In this document: piece by piece, positions 9,458-19,321 of the stretch | Numbering within the stretch: position 1 is the stretch's first letter | How the letters are laid out: every line of letters starts with the position of its first letter | Assembly (NCBI GenBank): GCA_964542785.1 | Contig: CAZIUK010000001.1 | Coordinates: 332,701-396,700 of the forward strand | Length of the DNA stretch: 64,000 nucleotides | Source: an uncultured Planctomycetales bacterium | GTDB lineage: Bacteria > Omnitrophota > Gorgyraeia > Gygaellales > Profunditerraquicolaceae | Reading direction: 5' to 3' | The notes under the pieces: model-generated | Told to the model about the DNA's origin: nothing | The model's input: the letters and a program-made list of their open reading frames with translations, nothing else | Database searches by the model: none | Translations under genes and position numbers: made by a program

Positions 9458-9861
9458 AGAAACTGATTGTCGAGAAGTACCTCGGTATTCCCTATAAGCA
9501 CAGGGGCAGGACGCTGGACGGTCTTGACTGCTGGGGGTTCCTGAAGCTGGTGTATGCCGATCTCGGGTTCAGGCTTTTTGATATTGAAAATCTCGAGTAC
9601 GAGAAAGTCTGGGGGCTTCGTGGCAAAGATTACTTCAGGGAAAACTACGAGAACGACTGGGAAAAAGTTTCAAACCCCGATGTTCTCGACGGCGTACTGT
9701 TTGTGAATTCACGGGGTGTTGCCAATCATGCGGGTGTTGTGTTTAAGAACAGGAAGTTTATCCACTGTTGCCGTCAGGGCGTTGTGGTTTCAAGGCTTGA
9801 TGATGAGAGCTGGAATAAAAAGATTGAGGGTTTTTACAGGTTAAGGAACAAAAAATGGTAG
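9334..9861 (+). CDS. Tail assembly protein K-like NlpC/P60 cysteine peptidase; the start is uncertain (possibly 9382) and the 5' end overlaps the L gene
   Basis: An NlpC/P60 active-site-like motif (LDGLDCWGF) is present. Position and size match lambda gpK. Confidence 0.6.
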   Translation: MRIRRSRINMRQNTTEMQTVGELPEVWRFPFGADTTDLHHVEKLIVEKYLGIPYKHRGRTLDGLDCWGFLKLVYADLGFRLFDIENLEYEKVWGLRGKDYFRENYENDWEKVSNPDVLDGVLFVNSRGVANHAGVVFKNRKFIHCCRQGVVVSRLDDESWNKKIEGFYRLRNKKW

Positions 9862-12800
9862 TTATACGGAACATAGACAATCCATTCAAACTGGAAGACG
9901 CACAGGTCAAGGAGCTTGCCTTCTCAAGGGAGAAGTCTTTGCGTTCTTTTCTTGATGAGTCAGGGTTTGATTATAAAGACAAACGTGTCATCGTTTCGGG
10001 AAAACGCATAAGCGATCTTGATTCTAAACTTGAAAACGGAGACGAGATTACTGTTATTCCCGAAGTGCAGGCTCCGGTTGTCGCTGTGATCTCGGCGATA
10101 GTGTCAGCCGTTTGGGCTTATGCGGTCGCACACCCTTTTCTGTTTACATTCTTTGTGCTGTCGATGGGTTATTCCATCTACCAGTACATGAATCAGCCGA
10201 GAATGCCTGATTTTAACCTTGGAAGCGGACCCGCTGGCGGGCTTGATGAAGGATCGCCTACTTACGGGTGGGACGGTGTACAGACTATACAGGAGGTGGG
10301 AGTACCTGTTGCTGTTGTGTACGGCGAGCATAAAATCGGCGGGAACATTATTAATCAGTTTCTTCATGACGATGGTGACAAGAATTACCTGAATGTTCTT
10401 CTCGCCCTTTGTGAAGGCGAAATCGAATCCATCGGGGATATCGAGATAAACAGCAACCCTATCGCCAATTTCGGTGGCGTTACTATTTATGACAAGCTCG
10501 GTGCTAATACCCAAACAATCATTCCGAATTTCGAGGATCTGCATAACCTTTACCCGGTTAATGTGAACCTTACGAAAGACAATCCTCATGTTTATACCAC
10601 TGTTGATTCGGATGTTGAAGCTTTCGAGATTCATTTAAGGCTTGGCAACGGTCTTTACCAACAGAGCGGTGGCGGTGGCATTTCAAGCTGGAGCGTAAGC
10701 TTCAGGGTTGAATATAAACTTCACACCGACCCGGATTATACCGATCTCGGTGAAACTACAATCTCGGCAAAATCACGGTCAACAGTCAGGCGCATATTCC
10801 GCAAAGAAGGTCTTGTTCCCGGTCAGTACGATATTCGTGTGACAAGGACAACAGATGATTCGTCTTTGGATCCGCTCAAGCAAGGCGATCTGATGTGGTT
10901 CCAGTTAGATGAAATCAAGACGGATGACTTGAGGTATCCAAACACTGCCCTTTTGGGACTTAAACTTCTGGCAACGGATCAGCTTTCGGGGTCTATGCCA
11001 AACATCACCTGTGTTGTAAAGGGGAGAAAAGTATCAGCACCGGATGTGCGTAACGCAGGAGTTCCGGTTAACTGGGAAGATTATTACTGGGATGGTTCGG
11101 ATTACCGTTTGCTTGTTGATGACACTCTGCTCGACTGGGACGGATCCACTTATGTGAATCAGTATTGCGCCAACCCTGTGTGGTGCTTGAAAGATTTTAT
11201 TACAAACAGCCGGTATGGTTTGGGTGAGTTTATATCCCCTACAAATCTGGATAACGCTTCACTCTTGGAGATGAGCCAGTATTGCGAGGAGAGGGTTCCT
11301 GACGGTCAGGGCGGTTTTGAGAAACGTTTCAGGATGGATGTCGTTATCGATTCCAACACTAAAGCGCTTGATATGCTTATCCAGCTTTGCGCCACGTTCA
11401 ATGCTATGCCTGTTTACAGCGCAGGCGGGTTGTCTTTCAAGATTGATAAGGAAGCAAACCCGACCCAGCTTTTCGGCATGGGAAATATTCTCAAGGATAC
11501 TTTCGCCCAGAGCTGGAAAACGCTCAAAGAGATTCCGAATGTTATCGAGATACAGTTTATGGATAAAGATAAAGGTTACCGTCAGGAGACGGTTTCATAT
11601 ATTGACGAGGATTCCCTATCTTCGGGTGAACCTATGCGTAAAAGCCAGATCAGGCTTTTTACGACACGCACAAGCTATGCGATCAGAGCGGCTCGATATG
11701 CTTTAAAGGTCGCACGGTATATCAACCGTTCAATCAGCTTTAAGACGGGCATTGACGCTATCGCCTGTCAGGCTGGGGATATTATTTCGATTTCGCATGA
11801 TGTTCCTCAGTGGGGTTTCTCGGGCAGGGTTCAGCCGGATTCAACAACTACGCTTATAAAACTTGACCGCACTATGGTTATTGAGGACGGCAAGTCATAT
11901 ATGATTCAGGTCAGGTTCGCTGATGATTCTATTGAGGAAAAACTTATTACTTCGCCAACCGGAGAGTATACAGAGGTCGAATGCGAAGCGTTCAGCAACC
12001 CACCGCAGGCGTATGACATATACGCTATCGGCGAGACGAACAAGGTCAAAAAGGATTTCCGTGTTGTGTCTATCCAGCGTGAAGGCACGAACGAATGTCA
12101 GATACAGGCTCTTGAGTATAACGAGAATGTTTATGACGATTCGGACATTATCCTTCCGAATAACAACTATTCTTCTCTGTCCTCGGAGATCCCCAATGTT
12201 GAGAATCTCAATTTGACCGAGGCTCTGATTAAGAAAGCAGACGGCACGATCGAGAACGCTATTGATGTCTGGTTCGATAAACCGAACGCCGCTTCTTATT
12301 ACGTCAAGACGTATGCCCGGGCAAAGATTTATATAAGTGATAACGGCGGAGCCAGCTGGGGCTTCAGGGGAGAGACCACCGGCACGCATTTTCAGATACT
12401 CGGCGATATTATTGATGATTACACCTACAAAGTCCGGGTTGTTTCAGTTGCGGATAACGGCGAGGAAGGCGATTTTGAAACCTCACCCACGCAGGAGATC
12501 ACCATTGTCGGTAAATCCGCACCGCCGTCAGATGTGACTTCGTTTCTGGTTAATCAGAACAGGGACATGCTTTATTTCGGTTGGACTGCGATCAGCGATG
12601 TTGACGTATGGGGTTATGAGATAAGGCGTGGGATTGATTGGGAAAGCGGTGAACTTATCACATTCCAGCAAGGCACTTCGTATTTAACAACCGATGTCAA
12701 ACGTGGCGTTGAGCAGAGTTACTGGATTAAGGCTATGGATACTTCGGGCAACTACTCAGAGAACGCCAAGGAAGCGATCGTAACTGTCAGCACGATTCCG

Positions 12801-13478
12801 TTCAGGAATATCATCGCCGAATATGAAGAACACCCCGATTGGCTGGGTACACTTACGAATTTAGAGAGAGACAGCCAGACGCTTATTATTTCAGATGGTT
12901 TTTTATCCGGAACATATGAAACGCCCATCAGGGATATCGGTTATGTGGCTACGGTTTATATCGGTATTGATGTGATTGCCTCATTATCAACCGGTAGACG
13001 CTTTAACAGCGACGGTACGTCACGTTTTGATGACAGCGTGTCTTATCGCTTTACAGGTCAGGAGACGCTTAGAGCGGCCAGTTTCAGGATAAGGACGTCT
13101 GAGGACAATGTCGTATGGAGTGACTGGGTTGATTATCAGGCTGGGGATTATTACTGCCGGTATTTTCAGATTGAGATGACGCTTGAGCGTGAGAACTTGG
13201 GCGACTACGTGACCTGTTCAACTCTCGCCTATTTCGGTGATCTTCCGGATGTGGACGAACACGGGAGCGATGAGGTTACGGTTGCTGATGGCGGCAAAGA
13301 AGTATTTTTCACAAAGACGTACCACGAAGAACCGAGCGTGCATATCGAGATCACATCCGGTGCGGGTATTTACGCAAGATTTGAGAGTAAATCGATCACG
13401 GGTTTTTTAGTCAAACTTTATAACGCACAGGGCGTGGTTCAGTCAGGAATGTTTGACTGGCACAGCCACGGCATTTAG
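9855..13478 (+). CDS. Tail tip / host specificity protein (gpJ-like), with an N-terminal gpI-like segment that carries a hydrophobic helix
   Basis: 1207 aa, the largest tail gene. It follows the M/L/K genes. The protein is beta-rich with FN3-like segments, and the N-terminal 120 aa contain a transmembrane-like helix. Confidence 0.7.
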   Translation: MVVIRNIDNPFKLEDAQVKELAFSREKSLRSFLDESGFDYKDKRVIVSGKRISDLDSKLENGDEITVIPEVQAPVVAVISAIVSAVWAYAVAHPFLFTFFVLSMGYSIYQYMNQPRMPDFNLGSGPAGGLDEGSPTYGWDGVQTIQEVGVPVAVVYGEHKIGGNIINQFLHDDGDKNYLNVLLALCEGEIESIGDIEINSNPIANFGGVTIYDKLGANTQTIIPNFEDLHNLYPVNVNLTKDNPHVYTTVDSDVEAFEIHLRLGNGLYQQSGGGGISSWSVSFRVEYKLHTDPDYTDLGETTISAKSRSTVRRIFRKEGLVPGQYDIRVTRTTDDSSLDPLKQGDLMWFQLDEIKTDDLRYPNTALLGLKLLATDQLSGSMPNITCVVKGRKVSAPDVRNAGVPVNWEDYYWDGSDYRLLVDDTLLDWDGSTYVNQYCANPVWCLKDFITNSRYGLGEFISPTNLDNASLLEMSQYCEERVPDGQGGFEKRFRMDVVIDSNTKALDMLIQLCATFNAMPVYSAGGLSFKIDKEANPTQLFGMGNILKDTFAQSWKTLKEIPNVIEIQFMDKDKGYRQETVSYIDEDSLSSGEPMRKSQIRLFTTRTSYAIRAARYALKVARYINRSISFKTGIDAIACQAGDIISISHDVPQWGFSGRVQPDSTTTLIKLDRTMVIEDGKSYMIQVRFADDSIEEKLITSPTGEYTEVECEAFSNPPQAYDIYAIGETNKVKKDFRVVSIQREGTNECQIQALEYNENVYDDSDIILPNNNYSSLSSEIPNVENLNLTEALIKKADGTIENAIDVWFDKPNAASYYVKTYARAKIYISDNGGASWGFRGETTGTHFQILGDIIDDYTYKVRVVSVADNGEEGDFETSPTQEITIVGKSAPPSDVTSFLVNQNRDMLYFGWTAISDVDVWGYEIRRGIDWESGELITFQQGTSYLTTDVKRGVEQSYWIKAMDTSGNYSENAKEAIVTVSTIPFRNIIAEYEEHPDWLGTLTNLERDSQTLIISDGFLSGTYETPIRDIGYVATVYIGIDVIASLSTGRRFNSDGTSRFDDSVSYRFTGQETLRAASFRIRTSEDNVVWSDWVDYQAGDYYCRYFQIEMTLERENLGDYVTCSTLAYFGDLPDVDEHGSDEVTVADGGKEVFFTKTYHEEPSVHIEITSGAGIYARFESKSITGFLVKLYNAQGVVQSGMFDWHSHGI

Positions 13479-13486
13479 GAGCGGTT

Positions 13487-13717
13487 ATGGCAAAGAAATT
13501 AGAGCCTACAAAGATTGTTATTGAGTTCGTTGACGGCAAGTTTGTCGACGGAGTCATCATTTACAAGGTTAATGATAACGGATCGATCAGCAAAACAAAG
13601 ACGATCGGTTTAAAGAATGCGGATTTCAGCAAGCCCACTTTTAACGGCCTGCTGGAGAAGTTTATTAAACACGCAAAAACAAGTGAAGGAGTTATCGATG
13701 ATTTGCCACAGGTGTAA
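13487..13717 (+). CDS. Hypothetical phage protein
   Basis: 76 aa. An AGGAG RBS precedes the start. Confidence 0.4.
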   Translation: MAKKLEPTKIVIEFVDGKFVDGVIIYKVNDNGSISKTKTIGLKNADFSKPTFNGLLEKFIKHAKTSEGVIDDLPQV

Positions 13718-13976
13718 ACAGAAAATTTCAGACGCAATGGCGTACATCGTTGTCCGTGGAGATATCGTTTTGAGGACTCCCCGCAAACGCCCTATGGTCT
13801 ACACCTGTGTCGAGCAGGCATATAACTACGCACAGAACCTTTTCATGCACGACGTTTGCTGGATCGAAACGCTTAGGGAGCATGGTGTTGAGCTTTACGA
13901 CATGAACGAGGTTGCTGAAAAGTACAAGAATAAGGAGGTGTCCAATGGCATGGGACAAGACGAAACCGGAAAATGA
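13698..13976 (+). CDS. Hypothetical small CxxC-containing protein
   Basis: 92 aa counted from the internal ATG that has an AAGGAG RBS. The sequence CHRC...C..C suggests a zinc-ribbon-like protein. Confidence 0.35.
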   Translation: MICHRCKQKISDAMAYIVVRGDIVLRTPRKRPMVYTCVEQAYNYAQNLFMHDVCWIETLREHGVELYDMNEVAEKYKNKEVSNGMGQDETGK

Positions 13977-14445
13977 CATGCTTTTAATCAACTTCCCGGC
14001 CGCTTGCCGTGCGAACTGGGACGCTCTGGAATTGCTGGCGGATCCCAGTTTGCAGATTACCAATGATAAAGTTGCCCCGGGTGCCGGTATCGAAGATACA
14101 AAACTGGCGCAGATTACTACCGCAAATAAAGTTCACGGTTCAGCTCTTACAGGTTTGGCAAGTGTGCCTTCAGCGGCTGGTGTTCTGCCTTCGGCTAATT
14201 CACCGAATAAGTTGAAGGCTGATGTCAGCGATACAACGCCGGAGTATTTGGACGGGTTAATCGATACAGCGGTGTTTCAGATATCAGGCAGTGACCAGTT
14301 GCAGTTAAAAGACGGCGGGGTTGGAACCGGTAAACTGGAAGGCGGAGCGGCTTCCCCCGGTAACAATAAATATTACGGAACGAACGAGTCCGGCACAAAA
14401 GGTTTTTTTGATTTTGGTGCCGGGACAGCGGTTTATGCCACGTAG
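13945..14445 (+). CDS. Putative tail fibre / virion-associated protein
   Basis: 167 aa from MAWDK, with RBS TAAGGAGG. The protein is Gly/Ala/Ser/Thr-rich and fibre-like, and it lies downstream of the J-like gene. Confidence 0.4.
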   Translation: MAWDKTKPENDMLLINFPAACRANWDALELLADPSLQITNDKVAPGAGIEDTKLAQITTANKVHGSALTGLASVPSAAGVLPSANSPNKLKADVSDTTPEYLDGLIDTAVFQISGSDQLQLKDGGVGTGKLEGGAASPGNNKYYGTNESGTKGFFDFGAGTAVYAT

Positions 14446-14453
14446 GAGTTGAT

Positions 14454-15179
14454 ATGGCGCATTTACTACCACCAAAACAATGTTCGGGCAATACGCCCTC
14501 TTGGACGGATCCGACTATTACGGATTTGACCACCGAGGTGCGTAAACCGCACATGGATGAGCTGAGGTCAATGCTGAACGCTGAGTTTACCCGCAGGGGT
14601 AAATCCACCGGCAGTTATACAGACCCGACTATAACAGCGTTGATTACTGAAGTCAGGAAAGTCCATGTTGATGAGTTGCGCTCAGAGCTTGCTCAGTGCA
14701 AGTCCGGCCGTGGCGAGTCAGGTTATTGCCCTGAGGATAATTCGGGCTGTATGGATTTTACCGACCCGACTATTACCGCCCTAGTTACCGAGGTCAGGGG
14801 TGTTCATTTCAGGGAAGCCAGAGACGCTGTTGAGGCTCTTATGACGAGCTGTATCTGCGAGACGGAGCAGTGCCAGTACTGTGCGGACTGCGGGTATCAC
14901 TATACGACCTGTTCGCATGCTTCTGTTGCCTGCGATGACCATAAATATTCTGAGTGTCATCACTCTATAAACCATTACTGGAATTGCGCCAGTATAAATT
15001 TACCGGCCGGAACAGCGCATCCGTATAAGTCAGCTAACCCGCCGGTGGCATGGGATGGATATGTTCCTTGGGATTGGTGTTCATACGCACCGCCCGGATC
15101 GATCTGGGGATCGTGTGAGTATCAAGGCGGTCATAATCATACGGATTGGAATTGTAAATGTAACCCTTATTCATGGTGA
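14454..15179 (+). CDS. Cys/His-rich protein with three TDPTITxLxTEVRKxHxDELRS repeats and a C-terminal Cys domain (13 Cys in about 110 aa); candidate substrate of the adjacent rSAM enzymes
   Basis: An AGGAG RBS precedes the start. The repeats begin at 14505, 14619 and 14760. Many Cys, His, Asp and Glu residues lie in the C-terminal 110 aa. Confidence 0.55.
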   Translation: MAHLLPPKQCSGNTPSWTDPTITDLTTEVRKPHMDELRSMLNAEFTRRGKSTGSYTDPTITALITEVRKVHVDELRSELAQCKSGRGESGYCPEDNSGCMDFTDPTITALVTEVRGVHFREARDAVEALMTSCICETEQCQYCADCGYHYTTCSHASVACDDHKYSECHHSINHYWNCASINLPAGTAHPYKSANPPVAWDGYVPWDWCSYAPPGSIWGSCEYQGGHNHTDWNCKCNPYSW

Positions 15180-15183
15180 TGAA

Positions 15184-15579
15184 ATGTTTAAAGACCAAAT
15201 GAAACCGCATAAATTGACGAAGGCTGTATCGGTTCGTGAAAAAGAGGACATGATAACCGAGCTGATTTACTGGGCGAAGAATAATTTAGATGACGGCAGT
15301 GTCGGGACGTTCACTCAAGGCAAGTTTCCCGATGTTGAGAGTTTTATTTCGGCGTTGCAGGAAGTGTATCAGGGACTTGGTGTTGAGGGCGTTAATGGCA
15401 ACACATCCGATTATCTGCTGATCATAGCCGGGGATAAAAAGAACAAGATTTATCTGTCGCATATTGCCCCATTGGATAAGGACAAGGCACAACTATTTAC
15501 GGACAGGCTGGGCATGGACGTGAAAGAAATAAGCGACTATTTAAGCAAATTAGATTGGAGAAAAGATGTCAGTCTTTGA
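15184..15579 (+). CDS. Hypothetical protein upstream of the rSAM trio (possible recognition or chaperone component); the track starts it at 15055, overlapping the upstream gene
   Basis: About 131 aa from MFKDQ. Its 3' end overlaps the start of rSAM-1. Confidence 0.4.
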   Translation: MFKDQMKPHKLTKAVSVREKEDMITELIYWAKNNLDDGSVGTFTQGKFPDVESFISALQEVYQGLGVEGVNGNTSDYLLIIAGDKKNKIYLSHIAPLDKDKAQLFTDRLGMDVKEISDYLSKLDWRKDVSL

Positions 15580-16783
15580 ACTGAAAAACTCACAAGCATG
15601 CGGTGACCTGCCTTCTCAGTGCAGGGACATCATAAAGCGGTATAAAGGCGACGGCATGTTCGATATTGATTCGATCACGAATGGCCGTCAGGAATATACC
15701 ACTGTCTATTTTTTAATGACTCAGGACTGCAATCTCAATTGCCCCTATTGTTATCAGCCAAAAGAGTTCAGGCAGAAGAATTCAGATATTCCGCAGAGCG
15801 TTATCGATAAGACGATGTCTTGGGTGTCCAAGACATTTGATGAACGTAAAGTTAAATTTAGCATATTCGGCGGTGAACCGTTCATGAATATCCCGATGGT
15901 CAAATACCTCTGCGACACGTATTGCATGTATCGGTACGTAGTTACGACAAACGGTCTTATTCTTCTCAATGATTCAGGTTTGCGGGACTGGGTATTAAAG
16001 CACAAGTATCACCTCAATCTCAGCGTGAGCATATCTGCCCTCAAGAGAGTGTTGGGAAAGTCATATTTGAACAAGGCAAAGCCTGTTCTTGATTTGGTAA
16101 AGGCTAACGGTGGCGATGTTCACTTCGTGGTTGATGATCCGGAATGCCCTATGGTTTATGAGGAGATCGTCTGGCTGTATGAATACGGCGTGCCGGTTGT
16201 GCGGGTTTCTTCTGCTCGGCACTGGGATATGGTCAAGAACAAGAATGAGCAGTTTAAGGAGCTGTTTAAGCGCATAGCTGATTACGTTTATTTCAGCGGT
16301 GAGCCGAAGTTCAACCGGTCGCAGTGGGATATTGCGTTTAAGAACAATATCTACCGCAAATTAAAGGGCATTGATTTGAAAGATGTCCCGCCTACGTTCT
16401 GCGGGTGCGGGTATCTTTACATCGCTGTTAATAACAAAGGTGAGATTTTCCCCTGCGACTTCTTTGCTAACTATCCGGAGTTTAAGATCGGTGATGTTGA
16501 GACTGGGTTTAATGATACAGCCTACTTTTTCAAGAAGATGGGTGACTGGATTGATGACCTTTACGAGCATTGCCGTGGGTGTGAGGTATGCCTTGACGGT
16601 GATATACGCTGTTGCCCTCGGGCGATGTGTTTGGCTGAAAATTACACGGTTACAGGCAATCCGCTTAAACCGGCACCGAATCATTGCTGGGCAAATAGGA
16701 TCGAGGCTTCAACGCATGAATACATCGCACGCAAAGCCATTGAGACTGGCATAGATGAGATTTATCACGGAGGTCGCAAATGA
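15566..16783 (+). CDS. Radical SAM/SPASM-domain maturase 1
   Basis: The N-terminal CNLNCPYC motif is a CxxxCxxC cluster. The C-terminus carries additional Cys clusters (CGCGY...PCDFF..CRGCEVC...CC) typical of SPASM/twitch auxiliary Fe-S domains. Confidence 0.75.
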   Translation: MSVFELKNSQACGDLPSQCRDIIKRYKGDGMFDIDSITNGRQEYTTVYFLMTQDCNLNCPYCYQPKEFRQKNSDIPQSVIDKTMSWVSKTFDERKVKFSIFGGEPFMNIPMVKYLCDTYCMYRYVVTTNGLILLNDSGLRDWVLKHKYHLNLSVSISALKRVLGKSYLNKAKPVLDLVKANGGDVHFVVDDPECPMVYEEIVWLYEYGVPVVRVSSARHWDMVKNKNEQFKELFKRIADYVYFSGEPKFNRSQWDIAFKNNIYRKLKGIDLKDVPPTFCGCGYLYIAVNNKGEIFPCDFFANYPEFKIGDVETGFNDTAYFFKKMGDWIDDLYEHCRGCEVCLDGDIRCCPRAMCLAENYTVTGNPLKPAPNHCWANRIEASTHEYIARKAIETGIDEIYHGGRK

Positions 16784-17865
16784 GGATACCTACGTATAAA
16801 TCAGTTTATCTGTACTTAACGCATGCGTGCAACGTCCACTGTTCGTTTTGTTACAGGAAGGGTTTGTTCGACCGCAATCCTATGTCAACGCTTGGACCCG
16901 CAAGTATGTCTATTAAGACGGCGGATGACATTCTTGATTTTTGTTTTACGAAGCTGAAACTCGACCCCAAGTTTACGATCTACTTCTGGGGCGGTGAGCC
17001 GACTATCAACTTCAAGGTGATTAAGCATGTTATGGAAAAGTATCCGCAAATGCAGTTTCACACCAACACCAACGGATCTTTGGTTAAGGGTGAGATGCTG
17101 GATTACTTTTTGGGTAATCGAAGCATTGGTCTGACATGGTCGTTTGGCAATTGCTATGAGAAGTACGGCGGAGTTCGCCAGAAAGCCGAGGCTGAACCCG
17201 GCATGTTGAAACTCGTTCGGGATAATCCCAACCATAACGTAAACTTTATGGTCGTTAGATACGACAAGCTCGAAGAAGATTTCGATTACATCGCCAACAA
17301 TATAACGCACAACATCACGATCGACCTTGCTACCCGCTTTGACCATAAGGAAGAAGATCTGGAACGGTTTGCCGAGCAGTATTTCAAGTTGCTTCAGAAA
17401 TATAAGCGTGAGTCAGAGCTGTATAAGACACTTAATCCGGCACTGCATTCAAACGCTTATGTCAGGGAGTTCGGGTTAAAGGCTCAGGTCAAGGACTTCC
17501 ACTTTTGCCGGACAGGATTGGAGCGTTTGTTTATCGATACTGCGGGCGGTATATGGCAATGCGACAACATGTATATCTGCCAGCATAACAAACTGGGAAC
17601 GGTCTACGACGGCATTGATTATTCAAAGCTGGGTTATGTTTGGGATATTGACGAGAACCGTGAGAAGTATTTAGGCAGGTTCTGTGAGAATTGCGAGCTG
17701 TACCGGCAGTGCCCACGCAATAAGTGTCTGGGATTAAACCTCGAGCATATGGGCGATATGTTTAAACCCGAACCCGGTTACTGCGCCATGAATAAGGTTT
17801 TGTTTAAGGTTATCAAAAAATATATAGAGCTTGAAAGGAGTTACAGATGTCAGAACAAGAATTAG
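16780..17865 (+). CDS. Radical SAM/SPASM-domain maturase 2
   Basis: The N-terminal CNVHCSFC motif is a CxxxCxxC cluster. The C-terminus has Cys clusters (CRTG...QCDN...CENCELYRQCPRNKC). An ATGA overlap joins it to rSAM-1. Confidence 0.75.
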   Translation: MRIPTYKSVYLYLTHACNVHCSFCYRKGLFDRNPMSTLGPASMSIKTADDILDFCFTKLKLDPKFTIYFWGGEPTINFKVIKHVMEKYPQMQFHTNTNGSLVKGEMLDYFLGNRSIGLTWSFGNCYEKYGGVRQKAEAEPGMLKLVRDNPNHNVNFMVVRYDKLEEDFDYIANNITHNITIDLATRFDHKEEDLERFAEQYFKLLQKYKRESELYKTLNPALHSNAYVREFGLKAQVKDFHFCRTGLERLFIDTAGGIWQCDNMYICQHNKLGTVYDGIDYSKLGYVWDIDENREKYLGRFCENCELYRQCPRNKCLGLNLEHMGDMFKPEPGYCAMNKVLFKVIKKYIELERSYRCQNKN

Positions 17866-19016
17866 TAGCCGGTAATTTAAAGAACGAGATTAAAAGCGTT
17901 GATCTGTTCATTACCGAAAAGTGCAACATGAAGTGCGATTACTGTTTTCATCCAAAGACCGGGGCTGTGCTTTCGGTTGAGCAAGGCAAAAAGATACTCG
18001 ATCGGTTGAAACAGTTAAGTCCGGAGTCAATGCAGATCACTTTCTTCGGGGGAGAGCCGTTGCTTTATCCGAAGACGGTTTTGGAGCTTGCGGAATACGC
18101 ACGCAATCTCTGGCCACCGGATGATAAGGGTCGCCACACTTCGACCTTTTCGATCTCAACAAACGGAACGTATTTTGATGAGGATGTTTTTAAGAGGTTT
18201 GCCGAACTTGGCATGGCGGTTCAGGTCAGCTGTGATGGCGATGAGATCACGCATACCGAATACCGCCACGGAGATTACAACCTTATCGTTGAGAATATGA
18301 AGAAGATATTAAAGATTAAGCCGGACATGAGCGTGCGTATGACTTTTACGCCCAAGACTGTCGGCAGGCTTTCGATCAATATCAAGTATCTTCATCAGGA
18401 GATCGGCGTTACGAAGATCATGCACCACGCTGTTATCGAAGATGACTGGACGGATGACGCTGTTGAGCAGTACGCCTATCAGCTTGGTCAGGTTTACCAT
18501 TACAGGCGTTACTGCAAGAGGCAGGATATCCCGCTTCATATCGCCTTCATTGATAAACCGCTCAAGATTGTAAACGACGAATTGCCGCCTGAGAAGGAGT
18601 TTTGCCAAGCCGGTAAAAGCTACATCGCCGTGCTGGATAATGGCGACGTTTATCCCTGCCACAGAGCCGCAAGCGCAAGGATCTTTAAGCTGGGCAACAT
18701 CTTCAACGAGGTGCCGTTTATCAGGGGGATATTCTTGAATATAGATAAGGAGTACACCGGCTGTGCGAAGCACTGCAAGCACGCAAAAACCTGCCACAGT
18801 TGCGTCATTACGCATTACAAAGTCAATCAGGAGCTTACGGTTCCTGTGACGAAGTATTGCAAGATATGTGCTGTTGAAAGCGATCAGGCTTTGGGTTTCC
18901 TGCCGGTTGAGCTTGCGGATCGGCGGGAACGTATGCTTTTCAAGATCGGGCAGGTTTTGGTTGATGTCGCAAAGCAAGGTGAGGAAATTTTACAGGCATT
19001 AAAAAAGGAGGACTGA
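17847..19016 (+). CDS. Radical SAM/SPASM-domain maturase 3
   Basis: The N-terminal motif is CNMKCDYC. The C-terminal Cys clusters are CQAG...PCHR...CAKHCKHAKTCHSC. Its start overlaps rSAM-2. Confidence 0.75.
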   Translation: MSEQELVAGNLKNEIKSVDLFITEKCNMKCDYCFHPKTGAVLSVEQGKKILDRLKQLSPESMQITFFGGEPLLYPKTVLELAEYARNLWPPDDKGRHTSTFSISTNGTYFDEDVFKRFAELGMAVQVSCDGDEITHTEYRHGDYNLIVENMKKILKIKPDMSVRMTFTPKTVGRLSINIKYLHQEIGVTKIMHHAVIEDDWTDDAVEQYAYQLGQVYHYRRYCKRQDIPLHIAFIDKPLKIVNDELPPEKEFCQAGKSYIAVLDNGDVYPCHRAASARIFKLGNIFNEVPFIRGIFLNIDKEYTGCAKHCKHAKTCHSCVITHYKVNQELTVPVTKYCKICAVESDQALGFLPVELADRRERMLFKIGQVLVDVAKQGEEILQALKKED

Positions 19017-19018
19017 AA

Positions 19019-19309
19019 ATGTCAAAAGTATTAGCACATGAAGAAATAATTATCAGTACTGCAGTTAAGCAGTTAACCCCGGCGATATATAACCCCTCGG
19101 AAGGGGCGCCAGCGGTGTTCGCCATTATCCATGCCGAGGACGGACCTATGAGGTATTTCGTGAACGGTCAGAATCCTTCGCAGTCGTCAGGGGCGTTGCT
19201 TGAGGACGGCGATATTGTTGAGCTTCCGTCTATTTACCACATAAAGGATTTTAGGGTTGTCCGGTCAGGTAATGACGACGGTAAATTAACGGTCACGTAT
19301 GAAGACTAA
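19019..19309 (+). CDS. Hypothetical protein
   Basis: 96 aa. An RBS-like AAGGAGGA lies upstream. Confidence 0.4.
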   Translation: MSKVLAHEEIIISTAVKQLTPAIYNPSEGAPAVFAIIHAEDGPMRYFVNGQNPSQSSGALLEDGDIVELPSIYHIKDFRVVRSGNDDGKLTVTYED

Positions 19310-19321
19310 GGAGGTTAAAAA

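Noticed and set aside
10104-12389. Minus-strand and alternate-frame ORFs (10104-10634, 11317-11706, 11895-12389, 11923-12216) inside the J-like gene
   Set aside because: They are fully nested in a long, well-supported plus-strand gene and have no RBS, so I treat them as spurious. The same applies to other nested track ORFs such as 5138-5395, 5280-5669, 7857-8120, 18309-18977 and 54630-55184.
15055-15183. Longer 174-aa version of the ORF upstream of rSAM-1
   Set aside because: It would overlap the Cys-rich gene by about 125 nt. The internal ATG at 15184, just after the upstream stop, is the more plausible start.
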